From positions 32,550,001 through 32,614,000 of the forward strand of contig JAQFVV010000002.1 of NCBI GenBank assembly GCA_028023455.1: a DNA stretch of 64,000 nt, in the 5' to 3' direction. Shown in pieces: positions 25,001-34,375 of this stretch. The notes beneath the pieces were generated by a model. The model saw only the letters and a list, made by a program, of their open reading frames with translations. It was not told where the DNA came from and made no database searches. Each line of letters begins with the position of its first letter. Position 1 is the stretch's first letter. The stretch comes from Epiperipatus broadwayi (taxonomy: Eukaryota; Animalia; Onychophora). The position numbers and the translations under genes were made by a program.

Positions 25001-26237
25001 TATTACCAGATACATTATTAAAATTGGGAGTAAAAATTTAACAAATGAAAAAATTAAAATTGGCCTTTAAAAAATGAGTTCAATGAAATGACTCTAAACA
25101 ATTTTCTTCTTATTAAACAGTTTACAAAAGCAGATCTGAAAATCAGCCTTTACCATACCAATTTTTCAACAAATTTTCTTTAAAAAATTTGACGAATAAT
25201 TTTTTATCAAATAAAAATGCTCATATTGATTAGATGACAAGAGATAGACTTTTTTAAAATTTGGAAAAGTAAAAAGATAAAATTTAAAGGTACATTAAAA
25301 AAAAATGTTTAAGTAACAATGTGTTTCATAATGATGGATTATTCAAATGAAAATAGATTGTTTTGACAGTTCGAGTTAAAACAATTTAAGTCCGTTTTAT
25401 AAAAGTTACTCTAAATATCGGATTTCCGTCATTTTGCACAAATACAATATTTTGCTATAATCATTTGATTTGAACTTTAATTATTCAAAATACTGATTAA
25501 ATAGCCATAATTTGAATTTTGTCATAGGTGGAATCAATGCTGGGAATACGATCATCTCTTTTTTTTTATTCTTTCAATGTTGTTATATCAGAAAAAATCC
25601 TCCCCGATTATCTGAGCCCTCACTAATGAGAAATTATCGACTTGTGTTAAGATGTTTAATTAATTTGTCTTATGATTCTGAATCCAAAATGAGTCTTTGT
25701 TTCTCTCTTTTCTTAAATCTTACGAGGCATTTAGCTATGCAATCTGAATATATTAGATAGAACTAGATATAGTATTTTATAATAAAAACTGAATAGATAC
25801 AATATTTAAGACTGGAGTATTTTGTGATTATAAAGTGAATTTTGTATCTATGTGAGTTAAGAAAACGTATTATTTTGATATAATAAAATATATTTTCAGT
25901 ATTTGTGGGAGTTTTTTTTAATTCATCATTGATTTGTATTCATTATTCTTCTAAGCAGATTAAAAATTATTTCAGGCAAAGTTTATCTATTAAAAAGACA
26001 TTCTTAATTTTAAAAACCAAATCTCTAAGCATGCAAATATTTTTTTTAGTAAATTTAAATGGTTTAAAGAATTTTTATATTTTTAAAAAAATTATTGATA
26101 ATCATTACTTAATTTTTTTTTTTTTAATATAGAGGCACTTAAGTCAACTAAAAGAAGAATTGGCAAAAATGAAGCCGCCCCTAGGACTTGAAGATGATGT
26201 CAGTGGTCCTTCCGTAGCCAATATTTCTTGTACATAG
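659..26237 (+). CDS. BIRC6: BIRC6/Bruce/Apollon, 3'-partial spliced CDS: join(<659..1081,1211..1399,5883..6045,8843..9035,9108..9244,13914..14018,14113..14327,17128..17289,18495..18572,21002..21190,21606..21740,26133..26237)
   Basis: Hand-spliced exons are phase-consistent with GT-AG junctions. Translation contains the BIRC6 hallmarks [78 protein letters not shown] and [14 protein letters not shown]. Confidence 0.97.
1211..1399 (+). CDS. BIRC6: BIRC6 coding exon (FIIAST...[13 protein letters not shown]...[10 protein letters not shown])
   Basis: Acceptor ttcatag, donor gtaagc; 189 nt; conserved YWAKGTGFG motif. Confidence 0.95.
1553..1628 (+). other. Intronic hairpin of about 27 bp, pre-miRNA-like or MITE remnant
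   Basis: The three arm substitutions in the core stem are G.U wobbles on the BIRC6 sense strand. Confidence 0.4.
2200..2950 (-). mobile_element. Decayed LINE RT fragment
   Basis: ORF 2435..2680 follows the QxGF...DxIF.IRxI...DVHxxLxD.xKAYD pattern; approximate. Confidence 0.45.
5484..5650. mobile_element. Penelope-like terminal remnant arranged as a foldback (arms 5484-5544 and 5592-5650) around a hammerhead core
   Basis: About 60-bp near-perfect inverted arms; the + arm reads GAAAC...aataaa directly after CTGATGA/stem II. Confidence 0.5.
5568..5600 (+). ncRNA. Hammerhead-like motif of a second type (5-bp stem II), weak stem I
   Basis: CTGATGA t GACTG cagga CAGTC GAAA ctgtta. Confidence 0.45.
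5883..6045 (+). CDS. BIRC6: BIRC6 coding exon (VLSSYINP...[15 protein letters not shown])
   Basis: Acceptor ttaaag, donor gtaact; 163 nt, phase 0/1. Confidence 0.93.
6107..6374. mobile_element. MITE-like foldback with 109-bp inverted arms
   Basis: 6107-6215 is a near-perfect reverse complement of 6266-6374. Confidence 0.8.
8843..9035 (+). CDS. BIRC6: BIRC6 coding exon ([19 protein letters not shown]...YANRLK)
   Basis: Acceptor tttcag, donor gtaagt; 193 nt, phase 1/2. Confidence 0.94.
9108..9244 (+). CDS. BIRC6: BIRC6 coding exon (SNKGKNG...[17 protein letters not shown]...AES)
   Basis: Follows a 72-nt intron; acceptor ttttag, donor gtaatt; 137 nt, phase 2/1. Confidence 0.9.
9868..10154 (+). 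mobile_element. Non-autonomous hammerhead-bearing repeat (family A) preceded by an inverted copy of its own 3' tail
   Basis: 9868-9929 is the reverse complement of 10093-10154; the body matches copies at 12045-12260, 12396-12888 and 53796-54095. Confidence 0.75.
9951..10009 (+). ncRNA. Type I minimal hammerhead ribozyme motif, Penelope/retrozyme-like; best-preserved copy; predicted cleavage after 9995
   Basis: ATCCAA-ggc-TCCTCA [CTGACGA] A-GGC-cacaa-GCC-A [GAAA] CTA GTC | TGGGGA-ta-TTGGAT. Stem I has 6 bp plus a distal 6 bp, stem II has 3 bp, stem III is the palindrome ACTAGT, and all conserved core nucleotides are present. Confidence 0.75.
11119..11395. mobile_element. MITE-like foldback with about 124-bp inverted arms
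   Basis: 11119-11242 versus 11271-11395. Confidence 0.8.
12045..12260 (-). mobile_element. Family A copy with the ribozyme core deleted
   Basis: catccaatatcctcagactagtttttagttaaggagccttggatc keeps the stem I flanks but lacks CTGATGA and stem II. Confidence 0.65.
12532..12589 (-). ncRNA. Hammerhead ribozyme motif, same family, degenerate stem II
   Basis: Reverse complement: atccaaggctcctca CTGATGA aagctacaattta GAAA ctaGTC tgtgatattggat. Confidence 0.55.
12680..12738 (+). ncRNA. Hammerhead ribozyme motif, same family, stems I and II partly disrupted
   Basis: atccaaggctcctca CTGATGA(12695-12701) aagccacaaacta GAAA(12715-12718) ctaGTC tacgggatattgga. Confidence 0.55.
13914..14018 (+). CDS. 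BIRC6: BIRC6 coding exon (DKEEEES...[11 protein letters not shown])
   Basis: Poly-T-cag acceptor, donor gtgaga; 105 nt, phase 1/1. Confidence 0.92.
14113..14327 (+). CDS. BIRC6: BIRC6 coding exon (DTYEMAHED...[15 protein letters not shown]...RLDIMK), start of the UBC domain
   Basis: Acceptor ttccag, donor gtaaaa; 215 nt. Confidence 0.96.
14920..15084 (-). mobile_element. tRNA-derived SINE with a hammerhead-like 3' tail
   Basis: Reverse complement: A box TGGCTCAGTTGG (15077-15066), B-box-like GATTCGATTCC, then CTGAAGA gagaag...ctttc GAAA tgtt. Confidence 0.65.
15086..15222 (+). mobile_element. 5'-truncated copy of the same SINE, inverted against the first
   Basis: B box GGTTCGATTC at 15116-15125; CTGAAGA(15162-15168) a GAGA...TCTC GAAA(15189-15192) tgtt. 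Confidence 0.6.
17128..17289 (+). CDS. BIRC6: BIRC6 UBC-domain exon ([15 protein letters not shown]...[11 protein letters not shown])
   Basis: Acceptor ttttag, donor gtaaaa; 162 nt. Confidence 0.97.
17321..18430. mobile_element. Non-autonomous Tc2/pogo-like DNA transposon
   Basis: Left end TA|ccgtgtttccccaaaaataagac and right end gtcttactttcaaggaaacgtgg are imperfect TIRs. Confidence 0.6.
18495..18572 (+). CDS. BIRC6: BIRC6 UBC-domain exon carrying the catalytic Cys ([26 protein letters not shown])
   Basis: Acceptor ttacag, donor gtgaaa; 78 nt; TGC codon at 18498-18500. Confidence 0.97.
21002..21190 (+). CDS. BIRC6: BIRC6 UBC-domain exon ([22 protein letters not shown]...NPPPCFKD)
   Basis: Acceptor tttaag, donor gtaagt; 189 nt. 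Confidence 0.97.
21606..21740 (+). CDS. BIRC6: BIRC6 coding exon ([13 protein letters not shown]...TAVLK)
   Basis: Acceptor tgtag, donor gtaata; 135 nt. Confidence 0.94.
23380..23620 (+). mobile_element. Decayed LINE RT fragment
   Basis: [21 protein letters not shown]...FGMK resembles the YADD motif region. Confidence 0.5.
26133..26237 (+). CDS. BIRC6: BIRC6 terminal coding exon ([22 protein letters not shown]...ISCT*)
   Basis: Poly-T...atag acceptor; RHxxQLKEEL resembles the BIRC6 C-terminus as recalled; TAG at 26235-26237. Confidence 0.9.
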   Translation, partial: RHLSQLKEELAKMKPPLGLEDDVSGPSVANISCT

Positions 26238-29193
26238 CAACATTTATAATTTGAATGATGTGGATTACCTTCACATCGTGAATGCTTGAATGGGACACAA
26301 TGTCTCGCCTGTATAAACTGACTTTATTATTTTGCTGTTTCCATGAGGGCAGACAGATCGACTGACTTCAGAGCAGATGTGGGATTTTCTTACAGAAATG
26401 ATCATCATCTTTACTTCTTCTACAAAATGTATTTAAAAAAAAAAAAAGAATAAAAAAAAAAATTATTTGTTTAAAATTTGATCTTGTCATTAGATGTATT
26501 TTTTAAAAAATCCATCTGGCATAAGAATTGTTTTAAGCTTTGCTATATGAAGAATAACAAATGTAATTAATATCTTGAACAGTAACTAAATTTTTATTTA
26601 CAATTTCTTTTCTGTATTTTATAAATATAAATAATGGGACCAATGGAAAAAAAATGGTCAATTATAAAATCTAATATTTTCCTCGCAATTAATATTTATA
26701 CAAATATAACTAAATACGTAGTCAAATTTTATCATTTACAAATATGTAAATTTTTATATATGAAATCGGAGTTTTGTTTGCTCAAATCTTCCTCAGTCTT
26801 AAGTTTATTTTTGTTTTTCTATTTATTATGAAAACTAATTTTAATTTTTACATTCTATATTTTTTGTATGTGTGTGATCTCTCACCCATTTCATATATTG
26901 TACAGATTATATTAGCAATTAAAAAAATAAAAGTTTAATTCGAAGGGGGCGGTATAAAAATGAATTTTTTAAAATTAAAATTGTTAAATGATTTTTGAAT
27001 TTGATTATCTGTGTATGTGAATGTTTGGTATAGATATATAGTCATACTATATATTTAATTATTTTGAAAGCGATATGGTATTGAGCACTAAAGATAGAAC
27101 GAAATAACTTTTAATTGAGCAGAAAATTTTATTTTCTCAATTGAATCAAAATAAAGTCGATCATTTCTATCACTGAACTAAAATTGTTAAAGTAGATTGA
27201 TAAATGATTACTTTTTTTGCTTATCTCATTTATAAATAGAGATTTAGTTAAAATATAATAATTATGTCCACGTGATTTATTATCAGATAATAACAATAAT
27301 CTAAGTACTTTATTTTTCAGGAATTCATAAGACATTTGAGCATTGGACGTTCCGAAAAGTGCACATCTTTAATTTTTACGAATGACAAATTATATAAAAT
27401 CACAATAGAATATACCAGAGGAAAGGGGTATATTATAAAAAATGAACATCACAGAGAAAAAAGCAATTAATACAGGTCAAAAGTTAACTGTATACTTCAG
27501 ATTACTGTAGAATGTTTAGTCTTAACATCCAACAAAACTGTATACCTTCAATTTAATTGTTGTAACAGCACAAGGAATTGAAATTTTTAATATGAAGTTT
27601 TTGGAGCAGCATTGAACTGGCAGTATTATACATATTCATATTCTATATATATATAACTTCTCCACAAGTTGAAATTTGCCATTATTTACCTGCTTGGAGC
27701 TTTTTTTTAATGGGGTCAATTATTTTAGAATATCAACTTATTGCTCTCTTAAATTAGAAATATAAAGTAATTAAATCTTTTCTGTTATATTTGAAACCTT
27801 GTCGATTAATTTCCTGTACTTTGTCGTTCTTATCTATTAAACTGTTTCACTTAACAGAAATAAAACCTTGATGATTATACAAATTACTTATTTATTCTTG
27901 CCCACCATTTCAGTACATTCTCTTTTATTAACAACCCCTTTCTTTGATTACTATTTCATTCATGTGACTGTTTATCTCATCCTGACTGACTTTTTAATAT
28001 ATTAAGACACATTTACCTATTCATTACCATTTTACTCACAATTGTGAAGTTAGTTTTATATCTAAGTTCAATTTGCTTTGCATATTTTTATCATAATTAA
28101 TCCGAAACTTTTTTTCTCTATCATACTCTACTATTTTTGCATGATCTTAAATTTTCTTTGAATAATTTCAATTTTTGATTTGAATAAATTGTATCATTTT
28201 GCCTTTTATTTAAGTTTATATATTTACCCTAACAAATTTAATTTTTTTTTTCTTAAGGTACTATTTCAATTAATCGGTGGCCCATTTTCAGTTCATTTTA
28301 TCTTCCTAAAAAGTAATCTCAATTTTTACATTCATTTGCAATCAAATCCTGTAACCCAGAATATACGCGGGTAATCTTAATCCTAAACTACATTTCTAGA
28401 AATTTTATGATCTTTCTTATTATCTCGATATTCTAATCCACCATTAGACAATTTTTATCTACATGGTTTTTTCATTTGGAAATTTGTCAACTAAATTAAT
28501 AGCTTTCCTGAAGTTAAAAATTTAAGGACCACTTTCCAAATAGGATCATAAGCAGAGATTAGGTCAATAAAGGTTGCATCAGTTTTTAATTTATTTGGGG
28601 TCTTTTTCAATGTCGGTGTCTTCCTCACCTAAAATCAATTGGCAAAATTCTCAATATACTTTTTTCAAAAGCTTGTAACAATAATATTAGGCAATATTTA
28701 TTGAGATTATTGCTAGCTTTTAGTTTTAACACTATTATAGTTCTGTTTATATACCAGATACTTGGAATATTTCTTGTATGAATAATGTTCCTGAATAATT
28801 ATGCTTTGGCTTTATATCCATTTTTTTTAGAAACTCTGCAAGTATGCTATTTGCTGCTGATGCTTTTCCTGATTTAAAACAAGGTTTTACCAAATTGATG
28901 TTAGAGGAACACTTTGAAAAAGATTCAATTCTGCTTTAATGGTACGTTTCCCAATTCTGCCAACCAAAATTGGCAATATATGAATTCATAGTCCAGAAAG
29001 AAATTATCACAGTACACTGATGTAATTTATCATGGTGAAATATAGTATTGATAATCCACTGATGATTAAAATTTCCAGAAATCAATATATTGATTCGACT
29101 TGTGAGGATCAAGTATAAAACAAAATGGTCAGTGTAATTTTTGCATTTCGAAAAAATTTTTGTTTTGTATGAAAATTCTACTAAAAAAAATTG

Positions 29194-29452
29194 ATGACAG
29201 TTGGTTTATTCATTTACTATATTGCCTATTCTGGCTTATTGAAAATCTCTGGGCAAAAAAAAAAAAAAAGACCTAACTATATTTTTTGGATCTAGACCAA
29301 ATAAAATATCACATGCTCCCTCCATTTGACTTTCAACATATGCACTAGGAACAATAATCTACTCCAATTAAAAAGTGTTGGCTTGGGTAATCAATAGCCA
29401 TTAGATAAAAATGCCAAATTAAATCCTCAAATTAGTTTGGATAATCTATTAA
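29194..29452 (+). repeat. Direct repeat copy 1 (259 bp)
   Basis: Identical to 31124-31380 except one substitution and poly-A length. Confidence 0.95.
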
Positions 29453-30035
29453 CCCTTTGAAAACCAGGCGGCCATTGTTAATTTTTAGAAAAATTTACCC
29501 TAACTCTAATAACTTAGATATTTTGTGTTTGAATGTAAAAAATATAAAAAAAACATGTTGTAAAAGCAAGGTCATATATGAAAGAATGTAATGAAGCTGT
29601 TAAAATAATCATTTCATAAAGAAAAAGTTTAAAAAAATACTATTTATAATAATTTTAAGAATGTTTATTTTTACACTGATTCACAAATCCTAAATTTTGA
29701 AATTCAAATGATAAAATGACACTTTCATAAACAGCTTCATCACATCCGTCACAAAATTTCAAAAAAAAAGATGTATTGGAAGTCTTACCTGAGGTAATTT
29801 TTCACTGAGAAAATTACTAAAACAGCGGCCTTGCTGTGGTCCATTTTTCTTCTAGAGCCAGATGTGTCCATTTGTTCAAAAGGACCTATAACAATATGAA
29901 TGGTTTTTAGTGGAGAAAAAAGTAATAGAACAGTGTAATTCAAAAATAAATAAATAAACTCATAAAAAATAAAATGAATAAAAATAAATCAATAAAGATA
30001 ATTTTTTATTATTATTAACAATGATTACATGTGTG

Positions 30036-30442
30036 GAAGAAAGGCCGAGTTCAAATACATGGCACTATAACACAGAGTGGATGGATTGATGAAGCCAGAA
30101 AGTGTGTATAAAATATCCTATATTACATGAAATTCCAGTTGTGTAGCATAAACTTGTATATAAATATATTTATTATTTTGCATAAAAGATATGAAGAAAG
30201 GCTGAGTTCAAATACATGGCATTATAACACAGAGTGGATGGATTGATGAAGCCAGAAAGTGTGTATAAAATATCCTATATTACATGAAATTCCAGTTGTG
30301 TAGCATAAACTTGTATATAAATATATTTATTATTTTGCATAAAAAATATGAAGAAAGGCCAAGTTCAAATACATGGCACTGTAACAATAAGTGGACGGAT
30401 TGAGGAAACCAGAAAAAAATCTATACAATATCCTATATTACT
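30036..30442 (+). repeat. 157-bp tandem repeat, about 2.6 copies
   Basis: gaagaaagg(c/t)... starts at 30036, 30193 and 30350. Confidence 0.9.
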
Positions 30443-31123
30443 TGCCTAAAATTGACACAAATCAATTGCAGGTCATAACTTTAGCACTGATGCAATAATT
30501 CATCCATAAATTCAAACTTGGTCACGCGTGATACACTATTCATATTTATAATCATGCCAAAAAATGCATAGCTCACGCATTGACAGATTACCCCAGTCCC
30601 CAACTTTTTTCCATTCTACAGCATATTTATTTGAAAATATTATAATTTATTATACTATAGCATATTTATTTATTTCAGTACATCGAAAATATTATAATTT
30701 ATTATTCTATAGCATATTTATTTGTTTTAGTAAATATAAAATATTATAATTTATAAAAAATATATATATATAAAAAAGTAATTATATACCCTTTAACGTT
30801 ATCCAAGAACGTAATTTGAGAAGAGGGCCCAGAATCACGGACAACTTCAACAGAAAATCACAATAAATTATTCAGTAATTGATCCAACAATTGTGGAATA
30901 ACTTTTTTACGATAAATAAAATGATAAAAAAAATTTTTAGGTACACTTCGCTAAAAATATTCATAAAAAATCTAAAAATTGTCGTACAGAAAAAATTCTT
31001 AGAGTTTCAGGTAGATATTGAAATCGCGTAAAGAATGACGTATTGTGCGTATGTGTGACGTTTACCGTTTATGCGTAAACTCGGCTCAAAATATAAATTT
31101 CTAGAAAAGTCGTACTGGGGGTC

Positions 31124-31380
31124 ATGACAGTTGGTTTATTCATTTACTATATTGCCTATTCTGGCTTATTGAAAACCTCTGGGCAAAAAAAAAAAAAGAC
31201 CTAACTATATTTTTTGGATCTAGACCAAATAAAATATCACATGCTCCCTCCATTTGACTTTCAACATATGCACTAGGAACAATAATCTACTCCAATTAAA
31301 AAGTGTTGGCTTGGGTAATCAATAGCCATTAGATAAAAATGCCAAATTAAATCCTCAAATTAGTTTGGATAATCTATTAA
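31124..31380 (+). repeat. Direct repeat copy 2 (257 bp)
   Basis: Identical to 29194-29452 except one substitution and poly-A length. Confidence 0.95.
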
Positions 31381-34146
31381 AGAAGCATGAATTAGAGCAA
31401 TCCAAAACTCATTATTATTAATAAATGTGCACTGCCCTCTAGTGCCTAATGATTACTTAAGCTTGCCATAAGTGTTTCTAGTGTGGGGACCATGATGTAC
31501 AATGCTTAAAAAAACTTCACGACTTTAACCATGAGCTATATATCTCAAAGATGTACTTCAGGATAATGTGAAAGTTCATTCAAAATTTTCAGATTATACA
31601 TTAAATCATACTTAGGAAACTAGTTTATTTTTTTAAAAAAATGAACACGGCTTTCACTTAACAAATGTCAACGGAGATCGTCTTGGGATTGCTATACTAA
31701 TAAAGCTTACAGAAATTGATGGAATATTGTAGAAATATGATAGATTATAGTCATTATCACTCAAGGAAGCGAAGACTGATACACTTCTACAAATTATTAT
31801 CAAATATTTGTTTGCAAAATATTGCATTTAATTTGTCTCTTCTGATTGTATAATAAAAACTGATTTCAAAGAATATCAACAGAAACTGCTTATTCTATCT
31901 ACTTTTATAAATGCAACTTAACAGAAAATTTCATTTGTTAATATATACCGCAATATTTCAAAAATCAAACAGTGAATATAACATGCTACAATCATAGTAA
32001 TATGGTGTCATGTGAACTTTGGAGCTCATGTTCAGAACAAGATCAAAGCTAAAACTGACGTTACTATAATTGTATCTATAGCATATGTTATAGTCCGTTT
32101 AATTTTTGAAATATTTGTGTAAAACAATGCAGTATAGATTTGTCAACGAAATTGTTGACTTTGTGAAGGTAAATAGAAAGCAAGCTGTTAATATGTATCA
32201 TTTGAAATTGGTTTTTATTATATAATCAGAATAGATATAAATTAAATGCAAATATATTTGATATTTTGTAAATCAGATATTTGATTATATTTCATACAAA
32301 TATATCAAATCTTCATTGCCTTGGTGATAATGAATACAAGCTATTCTTAAAAGGTTTCTCATTAATGAGGTATGCCACCTTCCATTTAATTATTCAAGAA
32401 TAAACCATATAGGTTCAATTATATTTAAGTCAAATGGATAGACTGTGGAAGCTTTAAATATCATTGTCCTAATTCTTCAAGTAAATATTTAACAATGTAG
32501 TCTCTGAATTGGATTACTTTCATTTTAGAAGATAATAATGTTTTCTGAAATCTTAATTATAGGATTTATCTGACTGCCAAAATATTACAATAATTTGAAG
32601 CTATGATATGCTCATATCACTTGTGATACCAAATGGAAGAATGTGATGTGATTAATACCTTCCTGTGGTGACTACTAAAGCATTCTTCCAGATGACATTC
32701 GAAGAAATTTGAATAATCTTTAAATACTACACAAAGATAATATTTGTAAAAATAGCATGAAGGACAGCCATAATACTGAAAGTCTACATTGCTTTTTGAT
32801 ATGTACATGTGTATAACAAACGCTTTTTATACATATAATATGCTCATATAAAGCATGATTATAGTATAAACAAAATTTTTAAATATAGTTAATAAATTGA
32901 GATGACACATTTACATGTTTTACTGAATGTGTGCGTTCATTCATTCATCAAAAAAAAAAAATTATTTTTAAATCAAAATGTCTTTCATCTCAAATACTCT
33001 CTGGGTAATATTCTTTTTTCAATATTTTTTTCTCTTACCGAAATATAATAGTCTCATTATTAAGAATTTACAATCGCTAATTGTTTTTAAGTCAGTCTCA
33101 ATATTAAATATATTCTGAATTCTATACAACTTTTAGCAATTACACTTAAAAAAAATTTTATTACGCAAAATACTGTCCAAATTTGGAAAAGATAATAATG
33201 GAAGAATTAAATGTATATGATTTCAAGGTAGTTGGTTAAGCGTACTGTGGCTGCTCTTCTTGGGGGTTCTTGATGGTACTGCAGTGTGGCCTATTTCAAC
33301 ACACATTGAAGAGATTTTATTAATAAACATGATGGCGTATGACACTCTTTGAGATTGAAAAACTGCGGCTGGCATATTGTAAAATTTGTTTACAATTTTA
33401 AGATTGTGTATGGTGCTCAGAGATGGAAAAATAGCTGTCTGTGTATCATAAAATGCATTAAATTTATGATTATTAATTTTTTTTTTTTTTGGATAGTGTA
33501 TAATTGAAGTTGTATATAGTGATCCAATGAAATTAGCAGCTTTACTATATATTAAATGCAGCGATTATAATCAAATAGACATAATAAATATCAAGAAAAC
33601 ATGAAAAAAGGCATTAAATATAATAGATGAATTAAACAAAAAAAGTTTAGAACAATTCAGACTAATCGTAAATTGAATTGTAAAAAGAATGATAAAGTTA
33701 AGAAATCTATATAAGCTGTTTCTAAATGGCAAATAAACAAATGTATGGATCTAACCCAATAAAACTGAATTCTTAGTAATAAATGGAAGATTTAATGTAT
33801 ATAAAATATACATTTTGTATACTTTTACCTTAAATAGCAATATGTGTTTGATTAAATACTAAGATGAATGTGTATATATATAAAATCAAGAAATAACAAT
33901 GGGTGTAGCATGTAGTTCTCCCCCTCCCTCCTAGCATGTTAAAAAATAATATTTACAATAGTACAATCTTTTTTTTTTTAAATAGAAATCTTTATTCTTA
34001 AATATGAAACAAAAACATATATACAGTTACATTGATTATAAATTATATTATTAAAATTTCAAAACTTTTAAGTTGTTTTGATCAATAATAATAAATTTTA
34101 CAAAATATAAGTAATAAATGCTAAACTTTTTGAAAGTAGATAATGA

Positions 34147-34375
34147 TTATTTGCCATATAAATTGTAACATTTCAGTGAACAAATAAAAATTTGCACAGG
34201 AACATAATCTGCTCTAGGTCTAGTAACGTGAACCGAATCGGATAAAGTATGCAAATTGATCATAACAATATGCTTTATACTAGACTCAAAACATGGAGCT
34301 CCACATAAACATTGGTGTGAGTTTCTGAGGTACATTCGAAGATGAAATGGAATATCACTGTCTCTAAACTTAAAT
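34147..34375 (-). CDS. LRR1: LRR1 terminal coding exon ([16 protein letters not shown]...CLCGAPC...[13 protein letters not shown])
   Basis: Acceptor ttttcag; 229 nt; Cys-rich LRR1-type C-terminus. Confidence 0.92.

Noticed and set aside
26235-26249. BIRC6 stop in a readthrough-like context, TAG CAA
   Set aside because: An in-frame TAA follows after only three codons, and there is no supporting downstream structure.
30036-30442. Regularly spaced repeats considered as a CRISPR-like array
   Set aside because: Eukaryotic context, contiguous identical 157-bp units without unique spacers, and no cas genes.
33240-33440. GC-richer intergenic patch with weak zinc-finger-like or Harbinger-like peptide fragments
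   Set aside because: Too short and interrupted to call.
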